Sequence record: SRR31156797_589
DNA length: 51,277 nucleotides
Direction: 5' to 3' (one strand)
This document shows positions 49,282 through 51,277 of the stretch, piece by piece (the first letter of the stretch is position 1; every line of letters starts with the position of its first letter). A model generated the notes under the pieces. It worked only from the letters and a program-made list of their open reading frames with translations, had not been told where the DNA came from and ran no database searches. The position numbers and the translations under genes are program-made.

Positions 49282-49974
49282 TTAATCCTTGCATATATAG
49301 TTATGAAGCTTTTCAATGGCCTTTTTTTCAATTCTTGATACATAAGACCTAGATATATTTAGCTTTCTGGCCACTTCTCTTTGAGTTGTTTTATTCTTAT
49401 TATTTAAGCCATATCTGCATTCGATAATATATTTTTCTCTCGGGCAAAGTGCAATATCCATTACATTTTTAACCTGTTCCATACGGATATTTCTGTTTGC
49501 TTCACAGTATACACAATCCTCATCGGTTCCTAAAACATCAATTAGTGATATTGTGTTCCCTTCTTTGTCAGTTCCGATTGGTTCATCCAAAGAAACTTCA
49601 TTGCCTCTTTTTTTGTTAGCTCTTATTGACATTAGTATTTCATTTTCGATACACCTTGCAGCATAAGTAGCTAGATGTGTGCCTTTATTTTCATTAAAAG
49701 TATTTACAGCTTTTATCAGACCTATTGAACCTATTGAAATAATATCATCATTATCTAAAGAATTAGAATATTTTTTTGCAATATGAGCAACTAGCCTTAG
49801 ATTATGCTCTACTAATATATTTTTTGCGTTTTCATCACCCTGACGCATTTTTTGAATCAATTCCAATTCGCATTTCTTGGGTAAGGGTTTTGGGAATGCA
49901 GCTCCTCTAGTAATATATCCAAGTATGGTGGGCAGTTGATTAAACAACTCTGCAAAACTGCTAAAATCAATCAT
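49282..49974 (-). CDS. sigK: Sporulation sigma factor pro-SigK (uninterrupted)
   Basis: Pro-sequence ending GYIT, then AFPKPL, HNLRLVAHIAKKY, ATYAARCIENEILM and ISRSYVSRIEK. Confidence 0.95.
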   Translation of the reverse strand: MIDFSSFAELFNQLPTILGYITRGAAFPKPLPKKCELELIQKMRQGDENAKNILVEHNLRLVAHIAKKYSNSLDNDDIISIGSIGLIKAVNTFNENKGTHLATYAARCIENEILMSIRANKKRGNEVSLDEPIGTDKEGNTISLIDVLGTDEDCVYCEANRNIRMEQVKNVMDIALCPREKYIIECRYGLNNKNKTTQREVARKLNISRSYVSRIEKKAIEKLHNYICKD

Positions 49975-50001
49975 ATTAACCTCCATACTTATGTTTATGT
50001 A

Positions 50002-50028
50002 ATTTTATGGTGAATTTTGTTTGTCCAT
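50002..50028 (-). promoter_or_regulatory. sigK promoter: SpoIIID box plus CATA-type -10
   Basis: ATGGACAAAC matches the SpoIIID consensus WWRRACARNY. CATAAAAT fits a SigE/SigK -10. Confidence 0.6.
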
Positions 50029-50119
50029 AGTGAAATAATAATAAAATAATTTGTAATCCAAATCTTTTAAGCTATAATTAAAAACGAAGTTATTCATAAA
50101 ATTATTTACGAGGTGAAAA

Positions 50120-51127
50120 ATGGCTAAAATTTCAGTACTAGGTGACGGCAGCTGGGCATGTGCTCTGGCTCAGTCCTTGAGTAAAAATGACCATAGTGTT
50201 CTGCTTTGCGGCATAGATGAAGACAGAATAAATATGATAAACAATGGTAAATCGTTTTATTTTCCTGACATAGAGTTATCCCAAAACATTAAAGGAACAA
50301 CATCACTTATGGAATGCGCAGAATATTCTGAAGATATATTAATTGCAATACCATCCCATGCAATACTTTCAACACTTGAAAAGTTAAACAAATATATTAG
50401 CACCCCTAAGACATTCATTAATGCAAGTAAGGGCTTAGAGCCCCATTCATTAATGAGGATTTCCGAAGTTGTGTATGAATCTATCGAGATTGATAATATC
50501 AAATCATATGTTTTGCTTACAGGACCTTCACATGCCGAGGAAGTAATACGAGGCGGAATAACCAGTATTTCCAGCATATCTTATAATACCGATGAAGCAA
50601 TTCGTATACAGCAGATGTTCAGCACCAAGACATTTCGCATTTATACAAACAATGATCTAGTAGGTGCAGAACTGTGCGGTGCAATGAAAAATGCTATGGC
50701 TATTGGCGCAGGAATTATTGATGGTCAGGATTCAGGTGATAATGCAAAGGCAGCGTTTATAGTTCGCTCCATTCATGAGATGATGAGACTTGGCGAAAAA
50801 ATGGGCATAGAGAACAATACATTTATTGGTCTGGCAGGTATGGGTGATGCAATAGTTACCTGTATATCAAGACACAGCAGGAACAGAAACACAGGTGAAT
50901 TAATCGGAAAAGGTTTAAGCGTTGATGAAGCAGTAGCAAATTGTAATATGGTAGTTGAAGGTATAGGCTCTATTAAGAGTATATATCGGCTTTCGAGGCA
51001 GTACAATGTCACTATGCCGATAATAAAGGAACTGTATAATATTGTTTACAACGGCAAGGATGCAAGCGACAGTATGAATGCACTTATGAGCAGAGAATTA
51101 AAAAGTGAAAAGAAAATAAGTGATTAA
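50120..51127 (+). CDS. gpsA: NAD(P)H-dependent glycerol-3-phosphate dehydrogenase
   Basis: GDGSW, SKGLE, GPSHAEEV, GAMKN, GMGD..VTC.S.HSRN and VVEG motifs. Confidence 0.95.
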   Translation: MAKISVLGDGSWACALAQSLSKNDHSVLLCGIDEDRINMINNGKSFYFPDIELSQNIKGTTSLMECAEYSEDILIAIPSHAILSTLEKLNKYISTPKTFINASKGLEPHSLMRISEVVYESIEIDNIKSYVLLTGPSHAEEVIRGGITSISSISYNTDEAIRIQQMFSTKTFRIYTNNDLVGAELCGAMKNAMAIGAGIIDGQDSGDNAKAAFIVRSIHEMMRLGEKMGIENNTFIGLAGMGDAIVTCISRHSRNRNTGELIGKGLSVDEAVANCNMVVEGIGSIKSIYRLSRQYNVTMPIIKELYNIVYNGKDASDSMNALMSRELKSEKKISD

Positions 51128-51146
51128 TTCAATCTTAGGTTAAATG

Positions 51147-51193
51147 AAAATATGATAGATATAACTGATAAAATATATCTATCATATTTTTTT
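51147..51193 (+). terminator. Terminator after gpsA (perfect 17-bp inverted repeat)
   Basis: AAAATATGATAGATATA-10 nt-TATATCTATCATATTTT followed by TTT. Confidence 0.75.
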
Positions 51194-51195
51194 AC

Positions 51196-51222
51196 AAAAA
51201 AAAGCCGAACTCGCTGTTCGGC
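51196..51222 (-). terminator. Minus-strand intrinsic terminator
   Basis: GCCGAAC-AGCGA-GTTCGGC followed by T8 on the minus strand. Confidence 0.85.
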
Positions 51223-51277
51223 AAACTTCTTGTTTATCAAGAAGAGGGGAAGAGGTAGATTAAGAATGAAGAAACAT
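51196..51277 (-). ncRNA. Candidate CU-rich sRNA, 3' part (truncated by the window edge)
   Basis: Pyrimidine-rich tract, a 7-bp hairpin and a terminator. The 5' end is not visible. Confidence 0.4.

Noticed and set aside
35..51012. Numerous short antisense or overlapping ORFs in the six-frame track
   Set aside because: They lie opposite or within well-supported genes, lack RBSs and have shadow-like composition.

Overview
Low-GC chromosomal segment from an endospore-forming member of the Clostridia (intact pro-sigK, spore photoproduct lyase-family gene, spoVD/ftsW, DUF421-DUF4363). It is mostly core genome: DUF512-der-plsY, recG, pduL, an LnrJKLMN-like two-component system plus ABC exporter, a GH13 glucosidase, an APC-USP transporter, queG, argH, glnS, a reduced dcw cluster (mraZ-rsmH-ftsL-PBP-murE-mraY-ftsW-ftsQ), tandem GT2 paralogues, pfkA, uvrC, sigK and gpsA. 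I saw no integrase, transposase, prophage, CRISPR array, rRNA or tRNA, and no complete multi-gene novel system that the sequence alone can prove. The best leads are: (1) an orphan helical protein with a (GPGH)n loop behind a CiaR-type TTTAAG-N5-TTTAAG promoter; (2) the 3' end of a candidate anti-SD/anti-start-codon sRNA at the right edge, organised like streptococcal csRNAs; (3) a full-length amidohydrolase that has lost its metal-binding histidines and has an odd translation-initiation region; (4) two small ORFs missing from the ORF track, a 47-aa single-TM peptide ahead of the APC transporter and a 54-aa 8-Cys zinc finger after ftsQ; (5) gene order consistent with a ~49-kb inversion that split der-plsY from gpsA. 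All family assignments are motif recognition by eye; no database searches were run.
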